IMG/VR virus record: IMGVR_UViG_3300028591_000131
Span: 1 to 64,000 of that record
Length of the DNA stretch: 64,000 nt
Strand: one strand, 5' to 3'
Source of the DNA: a virus
Taxonomy: Duplodnaviria; Caudoviricetes
The notes beneath the pieces were generated by a model. That model was not told where the DNA came from and made no database searches. It was given only the letters and a program-made list of their open reading frames with translations. Of the stretch, positions 1 to 11,900 are shown piece after piece (position 1 is the stretch's first letter; every line of letters starts with the position of its first letter). Position numbers and translations under genes: made by a program.

Positions 1-1456
1 TATCTTTATGCTCATTCATTAAATCACGACACAACACTGCAATTTGATCAATTGGTTCTGAATAACACATAATTACATTCTTAACTTGTGTGACAGCATT
101 GGCATTTTTGCACAGTTTACCAAATCCTACATATTGTGTACTTAAATTTTGTAAACCAATCTGATTTGTTCTTAAAATATCTAATGTTTCGTTTATAAAC
201 GAATTAATACCAGCAAGCATAGTTGTACCTTGTAACTGTTCCACTGCCTGATTATATTGTGTGTCCATACGTTTTGTTGTTTCCAAAGCGTTTTCATATT
301 CAGGAGCATATACATTAAGATATTTCGCTAAATTTGCCAACACAACATCTCTTGTACGATTGATTTTTGTTTGTAATAAATCATTTGTTGTAGTAGTATG
401 AGCCAATGTTTCACCATATTGACGAAAATGTTCAAGGGTTTGTTGATTAATGATATTATCGCTTATAGTATTATTTACAATACCAGAAAGCATATTTTTT
501 AAATTGTTAACAGATTGTATTTCTTCGTGTGTAAATGTTGAAAAAACACGCTGTATAAAGTTTAAAACGGCATTTTTAGCACGTTGTAATATTGATTGAT
601 TAATTGTACTTTCAACAATATTGTCGTTAATCATCTGTGCTACTAATCGACCTAATGCTTCACGTTGAATTAAGTGACTCCTGTTAGATTTGGTATAATA
701 ATCTACAACAGAATCATAGTCATCACCAAGAATTTCTCTTACTAAATCGTCATTATTTTGTAGTAATTGTTCTGCACGTTGTATAATTGGATTATCTTTT
801 ATATTCTCAATAACAAAATGCGCAAATTCCTCAGTTAGTGCATTAAAACCAGCAATATTGTTGGCAATATTTATCACTCCTATAAAACCATCAATTGTAT
901 TATTAAGTGCTTCTGGAACCATTAAACCATCTTCACCATGCAATAATCCAGCTTCAAGTATATTAATATTAATACTATGTGCTTGTAATAAAGTGTTAAT
1001 GGTATTATAAATATTCATTGCTTGTTGTAAATGTTCAGATTGTGCATTTGTTTTTTCATTTCGTTCATATACACGAATTGTCGGTTTACCATCTATGTCT
1101 TCAACCAATGCAACAAAATGTGTATTCTTTGCATTATATTTAATAGCTTGATCTATTTTCGATAAAACACTTGTATTTGTATTAGATACCAATTCTTGTT
1201 CAATTTGTTGACGTTGTACATCAGTATTTAGTATATCACCACTATTTAAAAATGACATAACTGAATCTATTGTAGGTTCGTTATTTGAATCAAATACTAA
1301 TTGGTTTTTATATTTGTTTATGAAAGTATTGGATGTTAAAGCACAATAAATTTGTTTTAACACATTATGATCAGTTATCCATGTTCTTAATTTTTGATAT
1401 AAGATACTGGGTTTACCATTATCTGCATCGGGTATTAATTTACAATGTGTACTCAT
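1..1456 (-). CDS. Large virion cargo/ejection protein, N-terminal part (runs off the left edge)
   Basis: Not in the ORF track. ATG at 1456 gives MSTHCKLIPDADNGKPSILY..., with no in-frame stop in the segments I translated. Contains zincin-like EEFAH (818-832) followed by EALGRL. Lies directly after the virion RNAP, where crAss-like phages encode their largest cargo protein. Confidence 0.8.
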   Translation of the reverse strand, partial: MSTHCKLIPDADNGKPSILYQKLRTWITDHNVLKQIYCALTSNTFINKYKNQLVFDSNNEPTIDSVMSFLNSGDILNTDVQRQQIEQELVSNTNTSVLSKIDQAIKYNAKNTHFVALVEDIDGKPTIRVYERNEKTNAQSEHLQQAMNIYNTINTLLQAHSININILEAGLLHGEDGLMVPEALNNTIDGFIGVINIANNIAGFNALTEEFAHFVIENIKDNPIIQRAEQLLQNNDDLVREILGDDYDSVVDYYTKSNRSHLIQREALGRLVAQMINDNIVESTINQSILQRAKNAVLNFIQRVFSTFTHEEIQSVNNLKNMLSGIVNNTISDNIINQQTLEHFRQYGETLAHTTTTNDLLQTKINRTRDVVLANLAKYLNVYAPEYENALETTKRMDTQYNQAVEQLQGTTMLAGINSFINETLDILRTNQIGLQNLSTQYVGFGKLCKNANAVTQVKNVIMCYSEPIDQIAVLCRDLMNEHKD

Positions 1457-1480
1457 ATTCTTTGTTTATATTATTACAAT

Positions 1481-4400
1481 TTAGCAAATTTTTATACTTT
1501 TCTTTTTAGACTCATTTATTAATTTTTCACGTTCTTCATTACTGAAATTTAATCCACTAATGAAAAATTGTGTAGGATCAAATACAACTGTTTCTGAATC
1601 AAGATCTTCAGATAATTCTAATGGTTCATCTTCTACAGCAACTTGCAGATTTTCGGAATACCAATTATGATAACGATCTGAATTTGTTGTTTTACTATAT
1701 ACAGTATTGTCGTATTGTTCCTTAAGAGCAAAAAATTCGTTTGAAACTCTTAATAATTCAGGATGTTCTGCTTTAGCCATATTTGCAAGTTGTATAAAAA
1801 ATTGATTATACGCTGGAATTTGTTGTATTAATCTTACTGGAGCTAATCGAGTTAATGTTGAACTATTAAACGATAAACCACTGTGATAAAGTTCATAAAT
1901 AAATAATTCTGTAAACAAATCACGTATTTTCTGATCTTTATCAGTCAGCAACTGTTCCCATCCTTCAGTAAGATATAATACATCTGTTGCATTCAAACCA
2001 TAAGATGAGATTGATACTGACGATTCATATTCGTTACCACAATTTAATCTTTGTAAAAACGGATTATTACGATATTCTGGTAGCTGTAACAATTCTGTAC
2101 GTTTTCTTGCTATTTGTAACGGAAAGATGCTTTTATAATATTCACGCACGTTGTTATCGTGACTTAACAACACATCACCATCTTCCGTTGGTAAGTTAAA
2201 TAATACATATGTTAACCAATCATTATAGACTAATCGCAATGAATTAGCTGAACGAAGTGTATTGTTTTGTGGTAATTGAGAAAAATAGTGCATTACTGGT
2301 GCTAAAGCAGATGTTAATGCATCCAATAATAATTGTCTGTTATTAAATACAGATGCTAAAAACGCATTATAATTGCTGCTATTTAAATTTTCAGTAGGTT
2401 TTCTTAATACCGTAGCTAAATTTCTGCTAAAATTCAAATTATCAGCTTCTGGATTTTCTAATTTATCCAGTAAATTGGTAATTTGTTTTTGTGATAAAAC
2501 CATTCTGAATAAATCACCGTTTAATTGTAACGAGGAAGCATTGTTTAAATTAACTATTTTACCGATATCAAATGATTTTGAAGAGATGGATAAAAGTTGT
2601 TTTGCAATTAAAAAGATATGATACTGTTGATTTACGAAATCTGCATCTTCTTTTGTAAAATCGTGCAGTGCCATGTTGGTAATCAAATCATCTCTACTTA
2701 TATTATCGCCTTCATAATCAGTTAATTCAACACCAATCTTTGAAAAGAACGACTCCATTGCCTTGAATATTGCTTGATTTGTCAAATTTTCAGTATAATT
2801 GTCAAGTGTATTCATACGTTTAATTATGGGTTGTTGCAAGAATAGTACAACAGTCTCTAAATCAAAACCCAATCTTAACATAGTAATAACCATGTTGATA
2901 GTACCAATACCGATATTTAAATTATAAAAGGTAGGATCTTTTGCAGTATCTGGAGCTGCAGCAAGAAATTCTGAAAGAGTATCAATAACTGTTGTTACAT
3001 CATCAGATGAATATACTTTATCAAGTATCGGTTTGCTTTCAACTTTGACACCATTTAGTTCAAAGGGTTTTACTCCAGAAATACGTGTGTTCCAAAGTCG
3101 ATTCATACTATGTTGTGTAAGAATTGCAGCGATAATACCTAACAATTTTTTACCAGAAAAATTACGATTGTGAATTGTTTCTTGTGTGTGAACATCATTA
3201 ACATCAGTATCTAATTCTACAGCCTTGAATTTAGTTTCCAAGTCATCATCTGAATATTGTTCAACCGTTGTAAAAGCACTTTCAGTAAATACATCCATAT
3301 CATCTAGTGTTTCATCTGGACCAATTTGAGTCATTTGAGAACGTATTTCTTGATCAAACACAACCATTCTTTCCGACCATCGTGTAATATCAACGTAACC
3401 AGATGGAGTCATTTGATGTAATAAAGCAGCTTCGGAAGTTAAAATAGTACGCATTAATTGTAAAATAGAATTATTAGTTCCAGCTAATGAGATTTCATTT
3501 GCCTCTACTGTATGACCATCTTGTTGTAATTCTGGAAAGATAGTAAATAATTTATCAATATCAAAGTCGATACCCATTAATGCTGGAGCTTCAGAAGGTA
3601 ATTTAATAATACCACCCGTAATATTACTGCTGAATCGTACAACTTTCAGTGGCAACATGGAACAATATCCTTCAGTTGGAATACGATAGGCAACTAATTC
3701 TAGTAATTTAGGATCTTCTTTTTCAATACGTTTCATATCTATTTCGCCAGCATGTTCTCCTTCAGCAATAATGTATTTATTAAAAAGTTTTTTTGAAAAT
3801 AACGGTAATTCACATTCGATATATTTAATAGATTTAGGATTACCAAATTTATCAGTATTAAATACTATTTTTAAAGAATCATCTGTTTCAATTGATTTTT
3901 TCGTACGAATATTATCAGTAACTTGAACTAATTGTCCACCAGGCATTCTCAATTCACAAATTGTATTTTTAATAACCGATGTAATAATTTTTTCTACAAA
4001 CCCAGCAATAACTGGATTATTCAAGTTAAGATTAAAATCTCCAGTATTTAAGTTTAATGCAACTGCATTTAACAAATCCAAATTAGCATCGTCGTCGCTT
4101 TTTATTTGATTCGCTAACCAATTACTAAGTTTTTCTTTATATTGAATATTATCTGGATTATCAATATCATTAAAGATTCTTTCAAACTCTTTAATGTCAT
4201 TGATACCAAAATGATTTTTAATTGTACGATTAACTTCTAATTGTACTTTTCTACCAAGTAAGCCAAAGAATTTTACACGTAATTGTTTACCAGTCATTCC
4301 CGTTTCTGGAATCACAGTATTCTCATAGTCAAGTAAACAATTGCAAATCAATTTAATGATTTGGTTACCCACACGTATATTGTGATCCAAATAGTGACTT

Positions 4401-7400
4401 GGAGTTTCTTGCTGTAATTTATTTTCACCAATATCGACAGATGTAATATATTTAGCGTCACCATTCGATTGTGCAAGATGAGCGTTCATATCAGCAATAA
4501 GTTCATTACTGTCTGTGTAGTCACATATTTTTTTATCAGCAATTGTTCCCTTCGCACCCACTTTAACATTTGATGCAAAATAAATAGCATCTATTTTATT
4601 TACTCGCATCCATTTGACAAGTTGTAACATCGTATCGTCTTTAGATTCTAATAAAGCAACTAAATCCAAGCCGGGAAATTGTGCATTTTTAACTTGTATT
4701 GGAGTTAATTCTCCCATACCATCTTGTTCATTTTCCAGATTTAATGTATATAAAAACGGTTTAATCGTTTCCATAACAAAATCTGTATTATTTAATACCT
4801 TACGAGCTTCTTTCAATAACTCTTTGCGTTGTTTTTCTTTTTCAGCTCCAGTTTTAGTAGGATCGTATTTATCAATAATTGCAACCAACTGTTTGTATAA
4901 TGGATAAAAATCAGTATCACGACCTAATGATTCAAGTAAACGTCCAACATAATCAATTGAAATCAAACCCTGTCCATCGGTAGTATCAATGCCGTTATAT
5001 TTAGACAATTTTGTTTCATATGCAGCTTTAAGTTTTTCATCAACTTCTTTTTTCTTCGTTTTATCAGTAATTTTGCTTGTCCTCCAAAGTCTTGCATTGT
5101 GATAAATACGTTCCAATATTGATTTTAAACTTGTTTGCGTAGTTTTAGAACCATCATCTAATTTAACTTGTAAATTATCAGCATCGACTTTGGTATCAGA
5201 AAACATTACGAAACTGATATTCCGATCTTTACGACTTTGATATCGACTTGAGGAAACTGCATTTTGCTTTGTTCCTGGAGAAACAAATTCAGCGTTACGT
5301 TTTTGAGTATCAGTAACAGATGGATAATAAATTAAATCACCTGTCCACATTTGTTGCATTTGAGTATTGGCATAATGATAATTAGCATACCAAGTATTAA
5401 AAAATTCTTTGTTGTTTACATAAGCAGTTAATTGTTGGATAGCTGTAGTATCGTTTACTTCACAATCTTCTAAAAAGGATATAGTGTTTAATAACTGTTG
5501 ACGATATTTATTTGCTTCATTAAGTAAATAGTTATTAATTTTTTTATTAACTGCGTTATAAAACGGTTCAGGATTAGTTAATTCACGATCTTTAATAATA
5601 TCGTAAATACCTTGTGCAATTATATTATGTCTACGTTTTTTAGGATCATTTATTAATCTTAAATCATCATTGAAAATTGGTAAAAATGTAAATCTAAATG
5701 CACCATTCCCAACTGGAATAACATCAGAACTGGTTTTTGTATGCATATTTTTAACAGTTGTTTTGGTACTGTCTTGTTGCATATCATAGACGTGACACAT
5801 GCGCTCCAGTTCTTGATCAAACAATGTTTCATATCGTTTTTGCATATCAACAGGTAAGGTATTACCTGTAATTTGATCTGGATCAGCAACACGAATGCTA
5901 CCATGAGTACTTTTATCAGATGTTGTAGGAACGATATAGTATCCATTTTCAAAACTTACCATAGAATATAATAAATAATATAAAGAATTAAATTCTTTAT
6001 ACGGAATGTCATCGTATGTAGTAGTCGTGGTCAACGTTACATCACGATTCTGATTAAAAATCAAATCTAACCATGATGTATACGAATCTCCTTCATCAGA
6101 TTGTAAAGCGCGCTGGTGAAATATAGATTTTGAAAACGCTTCTTTTAATTTTGCATAAGCTTTACCAGATGGATTCCTTAATGCGTTAACGAATTTTTGC
6201 AAAAAATTTAACGGTGAGAATGTACTATACGATTTATTACCTGCACGTACTGAAGATTTGGTAATCTTTGGTTCACCTTTATGAATTATCGAAAATGCTT
6301 TAATGTATAGTTGACGTATATCTTTTGTCTTTTCAGCAATGCTGCTTGTTGAATTATTTACTGTAGCCAGTAATTTATCGCACAAAGTTGTCAAACTTAA
6401 TTGATTCAAATTATGTGTATGTCTTGCATATATTTTTTGATTACGTGTGTTTTTATTTTGGATATAACGACCTTGTAAATAGTTTCTGATTGTCGACAAG
6501 GACAGATCGTCAAAACCCATTTCCCTAAAAATATCTAGCAGTTTAGAAGCTAAAACAATAGCAGCACGATCAAAATCAATAATTTGTGCAGTCTCGTTAG
6601 CATAAATACCACTTCTGCTTTGTGGTAAATGTTGTAGTGAATTTTTAAATTCATCAATAGCTTCTTTAATATTTTGTTTAATTTGAGATAATTTTGTTTC
6701 GTTAATAAACAGTTGTGATCCAGTTTCTTCGGTAACATAAAACAATGTTCCATTTACATCATTTTGTACAGTATCACTAATTTGTCCATTAAAAGCTGTA
6801 TTTGCAGCGTGGCGAGTTGTTTGTTCTGGTTTGTTTATATCCTTTACTTTCGATTCACCCGTTGTACTATATTGACGATATATATTATATGCTTTTTGTA
6901 TTGACGACACCAATTTGTCTCGTAATTGGTGGTTGTTTTTAAAACGGTTAAGTAATATACTTGAAAATTCTAGTTTTGATGTTTCTAATCTATCTTTTAA
7001 TTCTTCCCAATCATCAACATCGTGAAACAACATCACTAATGTATCTAAGATGTCTTTTGCTCTGAATGTAACACGACGTCCAAAAACATCACGGTTTTTA
7101 CTTGTGATTCCACTTAACCAAAACATTACGTTTTTATCAACCGCCTTGTATAAATTGACTTGTGTTTGTGAAATTTGTAAAAAATCTCTTGCAACTTCAT
7201 TTTCTAAATCTTCAGGGTCAAGTTCACTATTTTCTTGCTCTGTAGTAGTTTCTAAATCTGTTGCGTCGTTGTCGTCTGTAGTTTGATAATCATATTTGAA
7301 TTTAAAATCCAAAGTACGTCTGGTGAAATTATTTAATTTTGAAAACCAAATGGGTGTGAATTTGTCAATTTCTCCAATAACTTCTAATTTACGCGTTTCA

Positions 7401-8878
7401 TCTGATATTAAACTATGTAAAATCTGTTTAACGCGATCAGAGATTAATTTTTGAAAATTATCAGTTCCAATAGTTTTAATGATTTTAACAAACGGATTGA
7501 ATTTATTTTTCTTAGTAATTCGAATTATTTGTTGTATAATTTCATCACTAACAATTGGTTTTGTACCATCATCATATAAAGCAAAGGTTGATTCTGGGTC
7601 TGTTATAACCGAATATAAAAAATTAAATAATGTATCTTCAAAGATTTTTATAATCGATAATTTTTCGCTGAAAGACAGTGTAGAACGATTGTCAAATTCC
7701 TCACGCAATTTTAATTTGTTGTATAAAACAGGATTGCTAGTTTGTAAAGTACCTAATTGAAAACCGTTTGAGTTTTTTCTACGAAACCGATTTAAAATAG
7801 TATTACGGTTATTTGCTGTCTCAACTTCTATACGTTCAATTTCTTCTTCACTTAACGATTGAGCTTGTTTACGTTTTTCACGAATCGTTGCAATATCGTA
7901 TGTTAAATCTTCTAATATTAAATTTGATAAAGATTTAAAATTCGTTGGTTTTTCTTTCTCATTTTTAGAAAATAAAGTTTTAACGTCTTCCCAAAAAGCA
8001 GTACATATATTTTTTAGAGAAGTAAGCATTTTTGATACAATTGTACGTTTGGCATATAATAATATATCAAAATTTTCTCTTGTAGAATATAGTGCAATCA
8101 TTTCACCAAGTATAGTATCCCATTGTGGATCGGTAAGATTTTGTGGATTATAATGAAATGTTGATATTGCAGTCTGAAAAAAGTCATGAATTTGTTTGTC
8201 TTCCAAAGTATATTCGGATGAATCTTTTTTCAATACATTATTAACCAGTTCTTTTAATGAACTTGATATATTTTTCCAACCAACACGTTCGTTGGAATCA
8301 GGTTGTGATTTTAAATTTTGTACCCATAAGTGTGTATATTCATACAGATAGGTTTTCTGACGCCCAGTGTTGATACTTGTATTGATATATACAACCCCAT
8401 TATGTGATATAGAAATAATTTTTTTCTTCTTTTTACGATCAGGCGAAAATGTATAAATAGCATTGCCAGAAGACTGTGTTTCTTTAACTTTTTGTAACAT
8501 TTCTTTATTAGAAAGAAATTGCACATTATCTCCACCACGTAATTTTAATGCTGGAATTATATAGTTGTCAATAAACGAAGCGTTTAAAAACTTTTTTGGT
8601 GTTTTCAACTTATCATCCCCACGTTTGATTTGTAACATACGTGTAGTATATAATTCTTTGCGAAGTTGTTGTTTTTCTTCTTCGGTTGCGGCATTTTTTA
8701 TTTTTTCTTCACCATTAGTATAGTAAACGTTTTCAGTACCGTCAAAATTATACTTTATATGATGACCATCATTTAATGCCCATACGGTATATGCTGTCAC
8801 ACTACCATACATTTGACATAAATCGTCAAATTCATTTTTAACTTTTGGATTACTTAATACAGGACAAAAATTACTCAT
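1481..8878 (-). CDS. Virion-packaged single-chain DNA-dependent RNA polymerase (crAss-like, phi14:2 gp66-type)
   Basis: 2465 aa. Catalytic DFDID at 3554-3568 (MGIDFDIDKLF), preceded by YRIPTEG; also TDGQG and IKPF motifs. Degenerate zincin motif YEYTH near the N-terminus. Located in the cargo cluster. Confidence 0.93.
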   Translation of the reverse strand: MSNFCPVLSNPKVKNEFDDLCQMYGSVTAYTVWALNDGHHIKYNFDGTENVYYTNGEEKIKNAATEEEKQQLRKELYTTRMLQIKRGDDKLKTPKKFLNASFIDNYIIPALKLRGGDNVQFLSNKEMLQKVKETQSSGNAIYTFSPDRKKKKKIISISHNGVVYINTSINTGRQKTYLYEYTHLWVQNLKSQPDSNERVGWKNISSSLKELVNNVLKKDSSEYTLEDKQIHDFFQTAISTFHYNPQNLTDPQWDTILGEMIALYSTRENFDILLYAKRTIVSKMLTSLKNICTAFWEDVKTLFSKNEKEKPTNFKSLSNLILEDLTYDIATIREKRKQAQSLSEEEIERIEVETANNRNTILNRFRRKNSNGFQLGTLQTSNPVLYNKLKLREEFDNRSTLSFSEKLSIIKIFEDTLFNFLYSVITDPESTFALYDDGTKPIVSDEIIQQIIRITKKNKFNPFVKIIKTIGTDNFQKLISDRVKQILHSLISDETRKLEVIGEIDKFTPIWFSKLNNFTRRTLDFKFKYDYQTTDDNDATDLETTTEQENSELDPEDLENEVARDFLQISQTQVNLYKAVDKNVMFWLSGITSKNRDVFGRRVTFRAKDILDTLVMLFHDVDDWEELKDRLETSKLEFSSILLNRFKNNHQLRDKLVSSIQKAYNIYRQYSTTGESKVKDINKPEQTTRHAANTAFNGQISDTVQNDVNGTLFYVTEETGSQLFINETKLSQIKQNIKEAIDEFKNSLQHLPQSRSGIYANETAQIIDFDRAAIVLASKLLDIFREMGFDDLSLSTIRNYLQGRYIQNKNTRNQKIYARHTHNLNQLSLTTLCDKLLATVNNSTSSIAEKTKDIRQLYIKAFSIIHKGEPKITKSSVRAGNKSYSTFSPLNFLQKFVNALRNPSGKAYAKLKEAFSKSIFHQRALQSDEGDSYTSWLDLIFNQNRDVTLTTTTTYDDIPYKEFNSLYYLLYSMVSFENGYYIVPTTSDKSTHGSIRVADPDQITGNTLPVDMQKRYETLFDQELERMCHVYDMQQDSTKTTVKNMHTKTSSDVIPVGNGAFRFTFLPIFNDDLRLINDPKKRRHNIIAQGIYDIIKDRELTNPEPFYNAVNKKINNYLLNEANKYRQQLLNTISFLEDCEVNDTTAIQQLTAYVNNKEFFNTWYANYHYANTQMQQMWTGDLIYYPSVTDTQKRNAEFVSPGTKQNAVSSSRYQSRKDRNISFVMFSDTKVDADNLQVKLDDGSKTTQTSLKSILERIYHNARLWRTSKITDKTKKKEVDEKLKAAYETKLSKYNGIDTTDGQGLISIDYVGRLLESLGRDTDFYPLYKQLVAIIDKYDPTKTGAEKEKQRKELLKEARKVLNNTDFVMETIKPFLYTLNLENEQDGMGELTPIQVKNAQFPGLDLVALLESKDDTMLQLVKWMRVNKIDAIYFASNVKVGAKGTIADKKICDYTDSNELIADMNAHLAQSNGDAKYITSVDIGENKLQQETPSHYLDHNIRVGNQIIKLICNCLLDYENTVIPETGMTGKQLRVKFFGLLGRKVQLEVNRTIKNHFGINDIKEFERIFNDIDNPDNIQYKEKLSNWLANQIKSDDDANLDLLNAVALNLNTGDFNLNLNNPVIAGFVEKIITSVIKNTICELRMPGGQLVQVTDNIRTKKSIETDDSLKIVFNTDKFGNPKSIKYIECELPLFSKKLFNKYIIAEGEHAGEIDMKRIEKEDPKLLELVAYRIPTEGYCSMLPLKVVRFSSNITGGIIKLPSEAPALMGIDFDIDKLFTIFPELQQDGHTVEANEISLAGTNNSILQLMRTILTSEAALLHQMTPSGYVDITRWSERMVVFDQEIRSQMTQIGPDETLDDMDVFTESAFTTVEQYSDDDLETKFKAVELDTDVNDVHTQETIHNRNFSGKKLLGIIAAILTQHSMNRLWNTRISGVKPFELNGVKVESKPILDKVYSSDDVTTVIDTLSEFLAAAPDTAKDPTFYNLNIGIGTINMVITMLRLGFDLETVVLFLQQPIIKRMNTLDNYTENLTNQAIFKAMESFFSKIGVELTDYEGDNISRDDLITNMALHDFTKEDADFVNQQYHIFLIAKQLLSISSKSFDIGKIVNLNNASSLQLNGDLFRMVLSQKQITNLLDKLENPEADNLNFSRNLATVLRKPTENLNSSNYNAFLASVFNNRQLLLDALTSALAPVMHYFSQLPQNNTLRSANSLRLVYNDWLTYVLFNLPTEDGDVLLSHDNNVREYYKSIFPLQIARKRTELLQLPEYRNNPFLQRLNCGNEYESSVSISSYGLNATDVLYLTEGWEQLLTDKDQKIRDLFTELFIYELYHSGLSFNSSTLTRLAPVRLIQQIPAYNQFFIQLANMAKAEHPELLRVSNEFFALKEQYDNTVYSKTTNSDRYHNWYSENLQVAVEDEPLELSEDLDSETVVFDPTQFFISGLNFSNEEREKLINESKKKSIKIC

Positions 8879-8909
8879 ATGTTTTTTTGTTTTATAATCA
8901 TTACTTTAA

Positions 8910-11900
8910 TTAACAACCAGTTGTGGAATCTTCTTTTGAAGCTTCTTTAATAGCTTGTTTTAACTTATCACTACATTGACTTAAAAAATCCTGGTTCAAT
9001 TCAATACAAGCGGTTTTAAAGTCTATATTGTTCATTTCATTATCTATTTGTTCAATTTCTTCTTTAAATGTATTAAATACAGCATCTAAAGAAGTATAAT
9101 TTTCTTGTGTTTGTGCTGCAACCAAATCAGATTCTACCGCTTGTTCGTTTTGCTCATTATCAGTTTGTTTTGTTTCTTCAATCGGAGCTTCCGTTGTAGC
9201 TTGTGGAGTTTCAGTTTGTACTTGTTGTTTTTGTGTTGCACGTCTACGAAAGACTCCTCGTGTTGTTTGTTTCTCACGTTTTTCACCCAAAACAAACGTG
9301 TAATTCACATTGAATGGTACCAATTCTTGATATAAACCCAATAAACCATCTTTTACCAATCGACGTATATCCAAACGTTCTTTAGCAAATTCCAAAGCAA
9401 ATTTGATATTTTCATCTGCTGCAGTCATTGTATCCATAATAGAAATTTTGGTAATAGACGGCACAACATGCAAATCATTTACCAAATAATCTGTAAATTG
9501 ATCAACACTTTCAAATGGAATATTATAAGTATAACCGTCAACTGGATATTGTAAACCATCAATTCCTTTTGTAGTAATTCGTATTTTCCAATCTGGTGAA
9601 AGATTTTTCTTTCCTGCATTTACATTGACAATTTGTAATGTGCAAGTATCTTTTTCAGCTTGGTTGTCTACTTCCCAATAAACCTTTTTATTGCCACCCA
9701 AATCTTCAGTAGTATTTACACGTTTCTTTTTTGGTAATTGAAACGCGATGGAATTTCTCAAAATAGCATTTAATCCAGCAAAATTTTTAATTTCTGGATT
9801 ATTATACATTTTGGAAATTAAATTTACAACGTCTGTAAGTACACCGTCGTCTTTTTTAAATGGTCTTAAATCACATTTAATATAAGAAAAATCTGATAAC
9901 TCGATAGATTGTGCATTTGATGGTATTTTACCTTCTCTGTGTGTAAATACATATACAACACCAGCAGCAATATCTTGTTTATTATTTAATATCATTTGTG
10001 ATAAGGCAGGTTTACTTAAGTTAACATATTTATCACCATCATAAATATAAACGTTATTTTCTGTACGAAAACAAATAAAATAACTTTGGTTATTATCAAA
10101 TTGATTTTGAATATCATTCATATCAACACCGTCATCGAAAACAGTACGATTGTTGTCGGTTACTTTGTGTACAGCTCCACGCATAGGTGCAGCTTCAAAC
10201 ACACCTTTTAGTTTAAAGAAGTTACCATCCATCCCGGAATTACTGATATCTTCATATTGTTGTGTACCAGGTAAAACATAACCACATAATGTGGGTTCAC
10301 TTGTGTCTGTTAATTTACTATAAACACCAATTACTGTTTCTGTATAATCAGCTGTAACTTGTAATTCAATTGGAGCAAATTGTAATTCCGCACCCGTTTT
10401 TAATAAACGATAATTATATAAATTATAAATACCATCATCCTTACAAAGTTTGTGTATGTGATTTAACAAAGCTACACGTTTTCTTTTTTCTGGATCAACA
10501 CTACGCAAGCCGTTTAAAAGTTTTTGTAGAAAATTCTGAGTTTTGGGTACAGATTTACTGTTTGTGTTGCTATTATTAAACAAATCGTATTCTGTAATTG
10601 GAATAGCTGCTTTACCACTATTTACAGTGTCATCTAATGTTTTAGCCAATTCGCCTTCCTCTTCATCTGTCAAAGCATCAGTTATAGGAACATTTATGTC
10701 AGATTGATCTTGAATTACATTTTCATCTGTATTGTTATTTTGTTCTGTTTGTTCTTGTTGAACTTCTGGCTGTTGTTCCGTTTGTATTGCAAGATCTTCG
10801 TTATCTATCGGATTAATCACTGGATTTTCAGATGGATTGGTTTCTGGTTCTGTTGCGGCTTCTTCACTAATCACTGGGTTTTCCACATTGTCGGGTGTTT
10901 CTGGTACTATAGGATTTTCAGAAGATTGTAAATTTTTAACTGGTGTTTCTGTTTCTTGCTGTGATTCTGTTGTGGTAGATTTATTTGAACGTGTTGTAAA
11001 TCCAGATTCGAATTCGTTAATTGCTTGCATTAATTGATTAAATACATCAATTCGTTTTTGAAACAGTTCGTGTTCACTTTCTCTATCGGGATTATCAATT
11101 ACATTTTGCCAAATTTGAATTACTTTTGGTCTAAAATATTGTACAAAAAGTTTACCTTCAACATCTTCTGTTTCAAATTGGTGTTTAATGGTGTTGATAA
11201 TATGATTAGTTTCTTCTGTCGACGCTCCCTGTTCTAATAAAACATTTCGTATTTGTGCAATTAATGGATCTTTAAATAAGATATATTGTACACCTGGCAT
11301 TTCAACACGAGATTCATAAATACCTAATTGTATAACTTTTGGATTGTCAGTGTTTGTAAAAATATCATCACTGACTGGAATATAAACTTCATGTTGTTTA
11401 CTATCCATAATTCTAATAAACGAAGTATGTGCAATAAAATCTACTCCAATGTGAACTTCGACGTCATCACCAAATTTTGTGACAGTTTCATAACCAAAAT
11501 CTGTCATTTGCAAATCATTCTTTGTCATACCACTAGTTGGCTGTTCTGCCATTAATTTAGTAAAATTTTTAACAGCCTCAACTAAATTATTATATACTTC
11601 CGTCGTAACAATAGTGGGTTTGTGAAATACAGGAATAACGGCTTGTTCAAGATTGTGTGCAAAACGTTTTATAGTTTGATACATTTCGCTTTGTGGATCA
11701 TAACTCGATAAAATATCCTGAAAAGTGGCTTGTATTTCTTGAATTGCCGCATCTATATCATCTTTTGATTGTACTGTGTTTAAAATAGATAACAATTGAT
11801 TCTTTAAAGTAGTTTCAATTGTATTATCATTTTTAATATCTTTCTCCAGTTTATCTAAAGCATCGATATATGCGTCAGTTTGTATTTGTTCATATTGTTC

